This document shows positions 47,967-57,521 of a DNA stretch of 64,000 bases, piece after piece (the first letter of the stretch is position 1; every line of letters begins with the position of its first letter). The DNA comes from an uncultured Actinomycetota bacterium (GTDB lineage Bacteria > Actinomycetota > Acidimicrobiia > Spongiisociales > UBA4744). The stretch lies in contig CAVRPP010000003.1 in assembly GCA_963723165.1 (NCBI GenBank), positions 413,717 to 477,716 of the forward strand, written 5' to 3'. Both the position numbers and the translations under genes were made by a program. The notes beneath the pieces were generated by a model. That model was not told the origin of the DNA. It did not search any database and saw only the letters and a program-made list of their open reading frames with translations.

Positions 47967-48401
47967 GTGGAAGTGACGACAGCGACCTGGCTGATAGCAA
48001 TTGCTGGACTTGTTCTGATACTCCTCCTTGGTGCGTTCCAGTTCGTGGCCGTGTTACGCCCCCGGTCCGATTGGACGGTCCAAAACGTTTACGGAGGTGA
48101 CCCGAACAGCACCGACCCCAAGGCGTACTTCGCCTACAACCAGGGGTACGCCTGGGCCGACGTATTCCTCTGGGCACCGATCCAAATCGCAGGCAGCATC
48201 GGCATGCTCCTTGGCGAGCGGTGGGGTTTTCTACTCGCCCTTGTCGCCTCTGTCCCATACGTATACACAGCCATCACCATCTACATCTGGGATCGCGACC
48301 TCGGTTCCCGCAAGAACACAATCGGCGGCTGGGTGCTCTGGGGGATCTGGCCGGTATTCGGACTCATCCAGGGTATCTACAGCCTTCTCAGACTCCTCTA
48401 A
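47967..48401 (+). CDS. Hypothetical small membrane protein (144 aa), paralog of 47504-47938
   Basis: Same length and TM topology as the upstream gene, with a conserved YVY motif region. Confidence 0.5.
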   Translation: MEVTTATWLIAIAGLVLILLLGAFQFVAVLRPRSDWTVQNVYGGDPNSTDPKAYFAYNQGYAWADVFLWAPIQIAGSIGMLLGERWGFLLALVASVPYVYTAITIYIWDRDLGSRKNTIGGWVLWGIWPVFGLIQGIYSLLRLL

Positions 48402-48469
48402 CCAAAACACCCGCTACCACCGAAACCGATCCGGTTTTCTGACCCCCTATCTCTCTTCCCCCGGTACTG

Positions 48470-48498
48470 TTGACGCCGGCACCTCGATGCGTCATACT
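48470..48498 (+). promoter_or_regulatory. Candidate sigma-A type promoter for the cimA leader (-35 TTGACG, 17-nt spacer, -10 CATACT)
   Basis: TTGACG-N17-CATACT. The predicted transcription start is about 7-9 nt downstream, coinciding with the leader ATG at 48507, i.e. a leaderless leader peptide. Confidence 0.35.
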
Positions 48499-48506
48499 GC
48501 TCCGCC

Positions 48507-48542
48507 ATGTACGCACCTGCAGCCATCATCATTATCGTGTAG
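48507..48542 (+). CDS. Leader peptide MYAPAAIIIIV (4 consecutive Ile codons followed by Val)
   Basis: ATG TAC GCA CCT GCA GCC ATC ATC ATT ATC GTG TAG. It sits immediately upstream of a hairpin and an intrinsic terminator preceding cimA. Confidence 0.55.
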   Translation: MYAPAAIIIIV

Positions 48543-48595
48543 CGCACACGGATAGCCGTGTGCGCCCGACCCTTCGCCCCGCGAAGGGTTTTTTG
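48542..48595 (+). promoter_or_regulatory. Transcription attenuator: 10-bp hairpin (GCGCACACGG-ATAG-CCGTGTGCGC) followed by an intrinsic terminator (CCCTTCG-CCCG-CGAAGGG + TTTTTT)
   Basis: The terminator has a GC stem and a T6 tract at 48589-48594, about 17 nt before the cimA RBS (GGGAGAG). An alternative pairing exists: CGTGT at the leader's Val/stop with ACACG in the first hairpin's left arm. Confidence 0.55.
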
Positions 48596-48611
48596 TACCC
48601 GGGAGAGCACC

Positions 48612-50189
48612 ATGAAGACCGAAATCTACGACACCACCCTTCGCGACGGTTCGCAGCAGGAAGGAATCTCGCTGACGGTCGGCGACAAGTTGCGCATCGC
48701 CTCCCTGCTCGACGAGCTGGGAGTCGACTACGTCGAGGGCGGGTGGCCGGGCGCCAACCCCAAAGACGACGAATTCTTCCATCGTGCCAAGAAGGAACTT
48801 GATTTTGCCACTGCCACACTGGTCGCGTTCGGATCGACCCGTCGACCTCGCGGCACGGTGGCCGATGACCCCCAACTGCAGGCCTTGCTGGCCGCCGAAA
48901 CGGAGATTATCTGCATCGTCGGGAAATCGTGGGACTACCACGTACTCGAAGCGCTCCGGACCGACCTCGATGAGGGAGTCCGCATGGTCGAAGAGTCGAT
49001 AAATTACCTCCGCAGCCACGATCGGCGGGTGTTCTTCGATGCCGAGCACTTCTTCGACGGCTTCCGGACCAATCCCGAATTCGCCGTCAGGGTCTTGCAG
49101 GCCGCGACCGATGCGGGAGCCGAGCGCCTGGTTTTGTGCGATACCAACGGGGGGACGCTTCCGTCGCAAATCCTGACGACCATCGGCCGGATCCAGGAAG
49201 CACTGCCGGACGGCCAGCTGGGCGTCCACTTCCACGACGATGTCGGGTGTGCAGTGGCCAGCTCGCTGATTGCGGTCGATGCCGGAGTGCGCCAGGTGCA
49301 GGGGTGCATCAACGGCTATGGAGAACGGACCGGCAACGCAGACCTTTCGACCCTCATTCCCGATCTGGCTCTCAAGATGGGCCTCCCGGTGCTTCCCGAA
49401 GGCCGGCTCGAGCTCCTCGGGCCGGTGGCCCACCACATTGCCGAGGTTGTGAACATCGCCCTCGACCCGCACCATCCCTATGTCGGGACCTCGGCCTTCA
49501 CCCACAAAGCCGGGCTCCACACCTCGGCTTTGGCTCGCAAGTCGGACGCCTATGAGCACGAGGACCCGGCCCAGGTGGGTAACCACACCAGGATGGTCGT
49601 TTCGGAACTGGCCGGCCGGGCCAGTGTTCTCTCTGAGGCAAAGAACCTCGGACTCGAGGTCGACGCCGACGCGGCTGTTCGCATTCTGGAGCAGGTCAAG
49701 GATCTCGAACACAAGGGATATCACTTCGAGGCTGCCGATGGATCCTTTGAGCTGCTCATGCGGAGAGCCCTCGGGTGGGAACAAGAATTCTTCGAGCTGG
49801 AGTCGTTCCGGGTGTTCACCGACCGGCGCGCCAACGAGGAGATCGTGGCGGAAGCAACGGTCAAGGTGCTCGTAGGAGGCAATCGCGTAGTCACGACCGG
49901 CGAAGGGGTTGGACCGGTCCATGCCCTTGACCAGGCCTTGCGGGCGGCGCTCCGCGAGGCCTATCCGGACATCGATAGGCTCCGCCTGACCGATTACCGG
50001 GTACGAGTCCTTGATTCCTCGCACGGGACGGGAGCGATGGTCCGGGTGTTGCTGGAAACCTCCGCTGAGGACGAATCGTGGGGCACGATCGGGGTCCATG
50101 AGAATGTCATAGAAGCCTCGTGGGACGCCCTGACCGAAGGCCTCATCGTCGGACTGCTCCGTCGGCGAGACGCCAACCCTCCCTTATAG
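48612..50189 (+). CDS. cimA: (R)-citramalate synthase (LeuA-family, CimA clade)
   Basis: MKTEIYDTTLRDGSQQEGISLTVGDKLRIASLLDELGVDYVEGGWPGANPKD...AFGSTRR... is collinear and highly similar to characterised CimA (Geobacter/Leptospira type). A C-terminal regulatory domain is present. Confidence 0.85.
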   Translation: MKTEIYDTTLRDGSQQEGISLTVGDKLRIASLLDELGVDYVEGGWPGANPKDDEFFHRAKKELDFATATLVAFGSTRRPRGTVADDPQLQALLAAETEIICIVGKSWDYHVLEALRTDLDEGVRMVEESINYLRSHDRRVFFDAEHFFDGFRTNPEFAVRVLQAATDAGAERLVLCDTNGGTLPSQILTTIGRIQEALPDGQLGVHFHDDVGCAVASSLIAVDAGVRQVQGCINGYGERTGNADLSTLIPDLALKMGLPVLPEGRLELLGPVAHHIAEVVNIALDPHHPYVGTSAFTHKAGLHTSALARKSDAYEHEDPAQVGNHTRMVVSELAGRASVLSEAKNLGLEVDADAAVRILEQVKDLEHKGYHFEAADGSFELLMRRALGWEQEFFELESFRVFTDRRANEEIVAEATVKVLVGGNRVVTTGEGVGPVHALDQALRAALREAYPDIDRLRLTDYRVRVLDSSHGTGAMVRVLLETSAEDESWGTIGVHENVIEASWDALTEGLIVGLLRRRDANPPL

Positions 50190-50233
50190 TCAGGAAGGTT
50201 CGCGAGAAGGGAACCGGCGTGAACGTTCCGCAC

Positions 50234-51637
50234 ATGACTGCTGATGAGTTTCGGCGGCGGGGCCGAGAGATCATTGATTGGCTCGCTGATTACATGGAGC
50301 GAGTTGAGGAGTACCCGGTGCTCTCGCAGGTCAAACCGGGCGACATTCGTGCTTTGCTGCCCGAACACCCGCCCGCCGCGGGCGAGCCATTCGCCCGGGT
50401 CATGGGCGACCTCGACCGGGTCGTCATGCCCGGGATCACCCACTGGCAATCGCCCTCCTTCTTTGCCTATTTCAATGCCAACGCTTCCGGACCGGCGATT
50501 CTCGGGGATCTGGTTTCCTCCGGTCTCGGAGTACAGGGGATGCTGTGGGCAACCAGTCCCGCTTGCACCGAGCTCGAAACCGTGGTGATGGATTGGCTGG
50601 TGGAGATGCTGGAACTGCCCCCTGCGTTCCTGTCGTCCGGGGCCGGAGGCGGGGTCATCCAAGATTCGGCCTCCAGCGCCACGCTTACGGCCATAATCGC
50701 GGCTCGGGAGGCGGCCACGGAGCGAACCACCAACCACACCGGGACTGTAGGCAACCTCGTTGCCTACACCTCGACCCAGGCGCACTCGTCTATCGAGAAG
50801 GGGATTCGCATCGCCGGGATCGGCACCGACAACCTCCGTTCAGTCGAGGTGGACTCCGCCTTCGCGATGCTCCCCGCGGCCCTGGAAGAAGCCATCGAGG
50901 AGGATCTGGCTGCAGGCCTTCGGCCCTTCTTCGTCTGCGCCACCATCGGAACCACCTCGTCAACGGCCATCGATCCGGTTCGGGCCATCGGCGAAATCTG
51001 CCGCCGGTACGGTCTGTGGCTGCACGTCGATGCGGCGCTGGCCGGGACGGCGGCACTGTTGCCCGAGATGCGCTGGATCCACGATGGAGTCGAACTCGCT
51101 GACAGCTACGTATTCAATCCCCACAAGTGGATGCTGACCAACTTCGATTGCACGGCCTTCTATGTAGCCGACCGAACACCGCTCATCGGAGCGCTCAGCG
51201 TGCTGCCGGAGTACCTTCGCAACGAAGCTTCGGCCTCCGGAGCGGTGATCGACTACCGGGACTGGCACATCCCGCTTGGCCGCCGTTTCCGGGCACTGAA
51301 GCTCTGGTTCGTCATCCGCCATTACGGGATTGAAGGTCTTCAGGCCTTCGTGTCCGAACACATGCGGTTGGCCAAGCTCTTCGCCTCCTGGGTGGATGCC
51401 GAACCCGAGTTCGAACTGGCTGCCCCAACGCCGGTCAATCTCGTCTGCTTTCGCCACACCGGCGGGGACGACGTCAACCAGCGCATCATGGACCGGGTCA
51501 ACCAGTCCGGCGAGATGTATTTCACCCATTCCAGGCTCGACGGAAAGCTCACCTTGAGACTGTCGATCGGACAGACCCACACCGCCGAGCCGCACGTCGC
51601 GAAGGCATGGGAGCTGATCCGGGAAGCGGCTGAATAG
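50234..51637 (+). CDS. Pyridoxal-phosphate dependent group II decarboxylase (aromatic-L-amino-acid / tyrosine decarboxylase-like)
   Basis: MTADEFRRRGREIIDWLADYMERVEEYPV...ITHWQSPSFFAYF...SSATLTAIIAARE...FNPHKWMLTNFDC has the PLP-Lys motif N-P-H-K. Confidence 0.85.
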   Translation: MTADEFRRRGREIIDWLADYMERVEEYPVLSQVKPGDIRALLPEHPPAAGEPFARVMGDLDRVVMPGITHWQSPSFFAYFNANASGPAILGDLVSSGLGVQGMLWATSPACTELETVVMDWLVEMLELPPAFLSSGAGGGVIQDSASSATLTAIIAAREAATERTTNHTGTVGNLVAYTSTQAHSSIEKGIRIAGIGTDNLRSVEVDSAFAMLPAALEEAIEEDLAAGLRPFFVCATIGTTSSTAIDPVRAIGEICRRYGLWLHVDAALAGTAALLPEMRWIHDGVELADSYVFNPHKWMLTNFDCTAFYVADRTPLIGALSVLPEYLRNEASASGAVIDYRDWHIPLGRRFRALKLWFVIRHYGIEGLQAFVSEHMRLAKLFASWVDAEPEFELAAPTPVNLVCFRHTGGDDVNQRIMDRVNQSGEMYFTHSRLDGKLTLRLSIGQTHTAEPHVAKAWELIREAAE

Positions 51638-51685
51638 ACCTCGATTGCTCAACCGCGCTCCGATGCCTGGCGACACGGATGCGCT

Positions 51686-52280
51686 TTATGGATCGAAGAG
51701 GTCGCGGGGCGGAAGGCGAGTCACCGGTGGTTCCAGCCCGACCAACTGCCGGACCATGTGGGCGGTTGCACCCCACAGGACCTCTCCTTCGATGTCGAAA
51801 AACCAGACCTTGTGGTTCCGCCACATCTCAAAGCGCCAGTTGAGCGGCTCGGCGAAGATGTCGACGGCCGGTTCGAGAATCTTGTCCACCTCGCGGGGAG
51901 ACGGCATCAACTCCGGTATCCCGTTGATCCACCCGACTACCGGAACGACCAGCAGCGAGTATTCGATCGTATGAATGGCCGGCAGGAACCCGAGCACTTC
52001 AACCGACGCCGGGTTCAACCCAACTTCCTCTTCGGCTTCTCGCAGGGCTGTTCCGACCGGGCCCCCATCGCCCGTGTCCGGGCGCCCTCCGGGAAAGGCC
52101 AGGTGGCCTGCGTGGGTAGGCATGGTCATGGGTCGTTTCGTCAGAATCACCCGGGTCACGCCACCCCCGTCGTCGTAGAGGGGCACCAGCACCGCAGCCT
52201 GCGGCAATTCACCCGGTGGTGGGGGCTCACTCTGGATCCCCGGAAACCGGCCCAAGATATCGTTCACCCGAACATGGTAC
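51686..52280 (-). CDS. NUDIX hydrolase (CoA pyrophosphatase-like)
   Basis: Nudix box GGRPDTGDGGPVGTALREAEEEVGL. Start uncertain; the ORF extends to 52336. Confidence 0.7.
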
Positions 52281-52302
52281 GACGCCGATAGTCTGAGCGG
52301 AC

Positions 52303-52917
52303 ATGGATGACCTCTCGACCGACCCACGATTCTCACGCCGGTTCATGTTGCGACCGTTCAAACGTCGCGACGCCGACGATATGACCGAGGCCGTGCAGGC
52401 ATCCCAACTCGAACTCAACGAGTGGCTGCCGTGGGCTCATCTCGGCTACACGAAGGGAGATGCCACCACCTACATCCGCGACAGCATCAAGTCCTGGCGG
52501 GAAGAACGCGCCTACGACCTGGCGATCAGGAAGACCGATGAACCGGGTCGTCACATCGGCAACATCTCAGTGTGGTTCGTCTCCCGATCATTCAAAACCG
52601 GCGAGGTCGGGTACTGGGTGCGTACGGACGAAACCTCTCGAGGAGTCGCTACCGAAGTGACGGCCCGGGCGCTGCAGATGGCATTCGAAGAACTCAAGAT
52701 GCACCGGGTGATTCTTCGGATCGCCACCGGGAACCGCGCCAGCGAACGGGTCGCAGAGAAGCTCGGGTTCTTCCGGGAGGGGATTCTGCGCGAGGAGATC
52801 AAGGTTCGTGGCAAATGGCTCGACCACTCGGTCTGGGGTCTGCTCGAACATGAGTACAAGAAGAACCGGGGCAGGTACCAGGACCTCATCGGGGCAACAG
52901 ATCAAGCCGTCGAATAG
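52303..52917 (+). CDS. GNAT family N-acetyltransferase (RimJ/RimL-like)
   Basis: FMLRPFKRRDADDMTEAV...IGNISVWFVSRSFKTGEVGYWV...ILRIATGNRASERVAEKLGF. Confidence 0.8.
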   Translation: MDDLSTDPRFSRRFMLRPFKRRDADDMTEAVQASQLELNEWLPWAHLGYTKGDATTYIRDSIKSWREERAYDLAIRKTDEPGRHIGNISVWFVSRSFKTGEVGYWVRTDETSRGVATEVTARALQMAFEELKMHRVILRIATGNRASERVAEKLGFFREGILREEIKVRGKWLDHSVWGLLEHEYKKNRGRYQDLIGATDQAVE

Positions 52918-52932
52918 TGAAGACGTTATTCG

Positions 52933-53178
52933 TTATTCTTCATTCGTTGCTCGTGCCTCGTGGTTTCGCTTCCAGCGGCTGATGGCCGACCAGCGGGACA
53001 AGACGGAGCCGGGGATGACGCCCAACAGGTGGACCGGGAGAAAGTACTCGAGCGGTGGGTTGCCACCCGAAAACTTGACCACCAACCACACAACCCACAC
53101 CAGAAGACCCAGCAGGATCAGCCGGCGACCGATCCGCTCGAGGTTTGAAGCGTCGGCTCTCTTGATGGTGGCGGTCAC
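52933..53178 (-). CDS. Hypothetical small membrane protein
   Basis: An 81-aa ORF with a TM segment LILLGLLVWVVWLVVKF. Weak call. Confidence 0.35.
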   Translation of the reverse strand: MTATIKRADASNLERIGRRLILLGLLVWVVWLVVKFSGGNPPLEYFLPVHLLGVIPGSVLSRWSAISRWKRNHEARATNEE

Positions 53179-53271
53179 GGAGACATTATGTCAGGTCGAT
53201 GCAGACCGAATGCCGACACAACGCACCGTCGGACCAGGGAAAGACGAGCAACCAAGAACGCCCGTACACAA

Positions 53272-53298
53272 AGGAGCGGGACCCCGAAGGGCCCCGCT
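53272..53298. terminator. GC-rich hairpin downstream of groEL
   Basis: GAGCGGG-ACCCCGAAGGGC-CCCGCTC forms a 7-bp GC stem about 30 nt after the groEL stop (minus strand). Confidence 0.35.
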
Positions 53299-53324
53299 CT
53301 CTCGATTCGACTCTCGGTTGTGAC

Positions 53325-54972
<1,648 letters not shown>

Positions 54973-55263
54973 TTAGGCGATGATCGCGAGCAGGTCGCGA
55001 GAAGAGAGGATCAGATACTCCTGGCCCTCGAACTTGATCTCGGTGCCCCCGTACTTGGAGTAGACGACCGTGTCGCCTTCCTTGACGTCCATCGGGGTGC
55101 GTTCTCCCTGGTCGTTGACCTCTCCGGGCCCAACGGCCAACACCTCACCCAACTGTGGCTTCTCTTTGGCCGTATCGGGTATTACCAGACCAGACGCGGT
55201 GCGAGCATCTTGATCATCCTTGGCCTTGACGACCACACGATCGCCCAATGGCTTCAATTTCAT
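54973..55263 (-). CDS. groS: Co-chaperonin GroES
   Basis: [47 protein letters not shown]. Confidence 0.9.
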   Translation of the reverse strand: MKLKPLGDRVVVKAKDDQDARTASGLVIPDTAKEKPQLGEVLAVGPGEVNDQGERTPMDVKEGDTVVYSKYGGTEIKFEGQEYLILSSRDLLAIIA

Positions 55264-55287
55264 AGCGGAGCCCCTCCTTCACTCGGG

Positions 55288-55344
55288 TTAGCACTCCATG
55301 GCTCTGAGTGCCAGATTCTAGCACTCACCCATACAGAGTGCTAA
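55288..55344. promoter_or_regulatory. Two tandem CIRCE (HrcA) operators upstream of groES
   Basis: TTAGCACTC-N9-GAGTGCCAG (55288-55314) and CTAGCACTC-N9-GAGTGCTAA (55318-55344). The consensus is TTAGCACTC-N9-GAGTGCTAA. Confidence 0.75.
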
Positions 55345-55408
55345 CCGGGGTTTCGCGGGCTTGAAGTAGCCGGTAGCCAATAGCCAGTGAACGCAAACCA
55401 TCTTCGCG

Positions 55409-55469
55409 AACTGGGAACTGGGAACCGGGACCCGGGAACTGGAGACTGACAACTGACGACTGGAACTAC
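55409..55469. repeat. Array of about eight 7-nt units with an ACTG core (ACTGGGA ACTGGGA ACCGGGA CCCGGGA ACTGGAG ACTGACA ACTGACG ACTGGAA)
   Basis: Periodic 7-mer array between corA's 3' end and the groES promoter. The ending (...CTACGTCTTCTTTC) resembles that of the 43487 array (...CTACTCTTCTTTCC). Confidence 0.75.
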
Positions 55470-56551
55470 GTCTTCTTTCGGTCCGGGTCTTCGACCAACC
55501 ACTGCAGGACTCCCCGCACCGGGGTGGTAGTGACGTGGAAGAGGCCGGCCAGGCCCCGACCAACGACCCGATCGACTCTCGGCAGACGCGGGCCACCGAT
55601 GAACCCCCGCCTGGAGAAGTACACCCACAGCCCGACCGAGAAAACGACCATGACACCGAGCAAGGCGAAATATGCCCACGGCTGGTCGAGTTCCGGCATG
55701 TTCACGAAGTTCATACCGTAGATTCCGGCGAGCAGGGACAGCGGCAGAATGATTGCCGAGAATACGGTCAGGACCTTCATAACCTCGTTGGTACGTTCCG
55801 CCACGGAGCTCCGGTAGGTCTCGAGCACAGAGGCGAGCAGGGCGCGAGCCATGTCGAGCGACTCAACGACCCGAAAACAATCGTCGTAGACGCTGTCGAG
55901 TCGCCGCCGGGCCCGGTCGTCGATGCCCGGCATCCCTTCATGCATCAAGGCACGCACCATGTCACGCTCGGGCGCCAGTACCCGTCGCAAGACGATGGCG
56001 TCACGTCGAAAGGCCTGCACCATCCCGACGACGTGGGGATCTCCTGCAACCGAACGTGACTCGAGGTCGGATATCTGAGCTTCGAGACCATCGACCAGTT
56101 GCAACGACCGCCTGGCGGCCGCTTCGAGAATGCCCGCCAGCAAGGTGTCCGGGCTGAGCGAGGAGAGGGTGTCCGCTTGCCGGAGCCGTTCGTGAGTCCA
56201 GGCAACGCCCGGGATGGGCGTTCGGTGGAAGGTGATGAGATACCGTTCGGATACGAACCCGTCCAGCTCTGCGGTGCTCACCCGATCATCGACCAGCGCC
56301 GGGCTGTGCGATGAAAAGAACACGTGATCGTCGTAGTCGTCGGCCTTGGGGAATTCGCTGACGTTTTGCACGTCTTCCAGGCCTTCCCCCTCCAGTCCAA
56401 AAAGCCGTCCGATTTCCTCGACGACTTCACGATCGACCGAGTCAACATCGAGCCAGAACCAGTCCTCCCCGCCGACCTCATTGCCGAGATCGTGCAGAGC
56501 CGGTTCTGAGAAGCGGTGCCGACCGTTGCTCACGGTCATCAAATGCATCAT
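55466..56551 (-). CDS. corA: CorA family magnesium/cobalt transporter
   Basis: Two C-terminal TM helices with the YGMNF signature (GIYGMNFVNMPEL). Confidence 0.85.
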   Translation of the reverse strand: MMHLMTVSNGRHRFSEPALHDLGNEVGGEDWFWLDVDSVDREVVEEIGRLFGLEGEGLEDVQNVSEFPKADDYDDHVFFSSHSPALVDDRVSTAELDGFVSERYLITFHRTPIPGVAWTHERLRQADTLSSLSPDTLLAGILEAAARRSLQLVDGLEAQISDLESRSVAGDPHVVGMVQAFRRDAIVLRRVLAPERDMVRALMHEGMPGIDDRARRRLDSVYDDCFRVVESLDMARALLASVLETYRSSVAERTNEVMKVLTVFSAIILPLSLLAGIYGMNFVNMPELDQPWAYFALLGVMVVFSVGLWVYFSRRGFIGGPRLPRVDRVVGRGLAGLFHVTTTPVRGVLQWLVEDPDRKKT

Positions 56552-56596
56552 GCGGACCCGATTATCGGGTCAGAGGCGGTCAAGACCGGGGATTTC

Positions 56597-56629
56597 GCAA
56601 CCAGCAACCAGAGACAAGAGACCAGAGAC
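56597..56629. repeat. Heptamer periodic array (GCAACCA GCAACCA GAGACAA GAGACCA GAGAC) flanked by an inverted repeat AGACCGG...CCGGTCT
   Basis: Between the corA 5' end and the DUF1295 gene 3' end. Confidence 0.65.
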
Positions 56630-56689
56630 TTTGACCGGTCTGGATGGATTTGACCAGCGAAGCAGTCTGGAAGCTGGTGGCTGCGGCCG

Positions 56690-57466
56690 TCAGGCTTTCT
56701 TCGGTCCTGGAAAGAACCCGTTGGTGGTGCGCACGTACTCTGCGTAGCCCTCGCAGGTCTTGCCGAGCTTCTTCTCGAGCAGGGCGGCACCGGAGACACG
56801 CATGAGAAGTACGGTCATCAACAGCGGCCCGGGGAACGACCACCATCCGCCGGCTCCGAGGGCGAAGAGGAAGAAGCCCCACCACACCATGAAGTCGCCG
56901 AAGTAGTTGGGATGGCGGGTGTACGCCCACACGCCCTGATCCATGACCTTGCCCTGGTTGGATGGGTCCGCTTTGAAGCGAGACAGCTGGAAATCGCCGA
57001 CCGCCTCGAAGGAGAATCCGATTACCCAGACCACCAGGCCCGCATAGTCGAGTATTCCCCAAGCATTGGTTCCATCAACAGCCCCCAGCAACGGGAGCGA
57101 GACGATCCACGCAAGAATGGCTTGCAGCCAGAACACGGTGAAGAGGCTCTTGACGGGGAACCGGGGACCTTGCCTCTTCCGCATTGCCTGGTAGCGATAG
57201 TCCTCTCCCTTCCCGGCGTTTCGCCAAAACAGGTAGATGGAGAGCCGCACGCCCCAGATGAAGAGCAGGCCGAGCACTACCGCCGGACGGGCGCTGTATT
57301 CGTTGTCGCTGGCAAATCGATAGGTTGCTCCGAGCGTGATGAAGACGAGGGGCCAGAACGGATCGATGATGCTGGCGTCTTTGCGGATGAGGCTCACGAT
57401 CCACACGATGGTCACGAGACCGGCCGCCGCTCCCAACCCCAGGAAGTAGGCACCTATGTCGAACAC
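56690..57466 (-). CDS. DUF1295 / steroid 5-alpha-reductase-like membrane protein
   Basis: Multi-TM. RHPNYFGDFMVWWGF motif. Confidence 0.65.
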   Translation of the reverse strand: MFDIGAYFLGLGAAAGLVTIVWIVSLIRKDASIIDPFWPLVFITLGATYRFASDNEYSARPAVVLGLLFIWGVRLSIYLFWRNAGKGEDYRYQAMRKRQGPRFPVKSLFTVFWLQAILAWIVSLPLLGAVDGTNAWGILDYAGLVVWVIGFSFEAVGDFQLSRFKADPSNQGKVMDQGVWAYTRHPNYFGDFMVWWGFFLFALGAGGWWSFPGPLLMTVLLMRVSGAALLEKKLGKTCEGYAEYVRTTNGFFPGPKKA

Positions 57467-57521
57467 AACCCCTCCTTCGAAGCCCGTCCGCCGCTAATCC
57501 CCACGATGACAACCGACCAGA

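Noticed and set aside
48470-48802. 110-aa ORF starting at the putative -35 box and running into cimA
   Set aside because: It is out of frame with cimA and crosses the terminator hairpin. The short Ile-rich leader ORF at 48507-48542 is the meaningful small ORF here.
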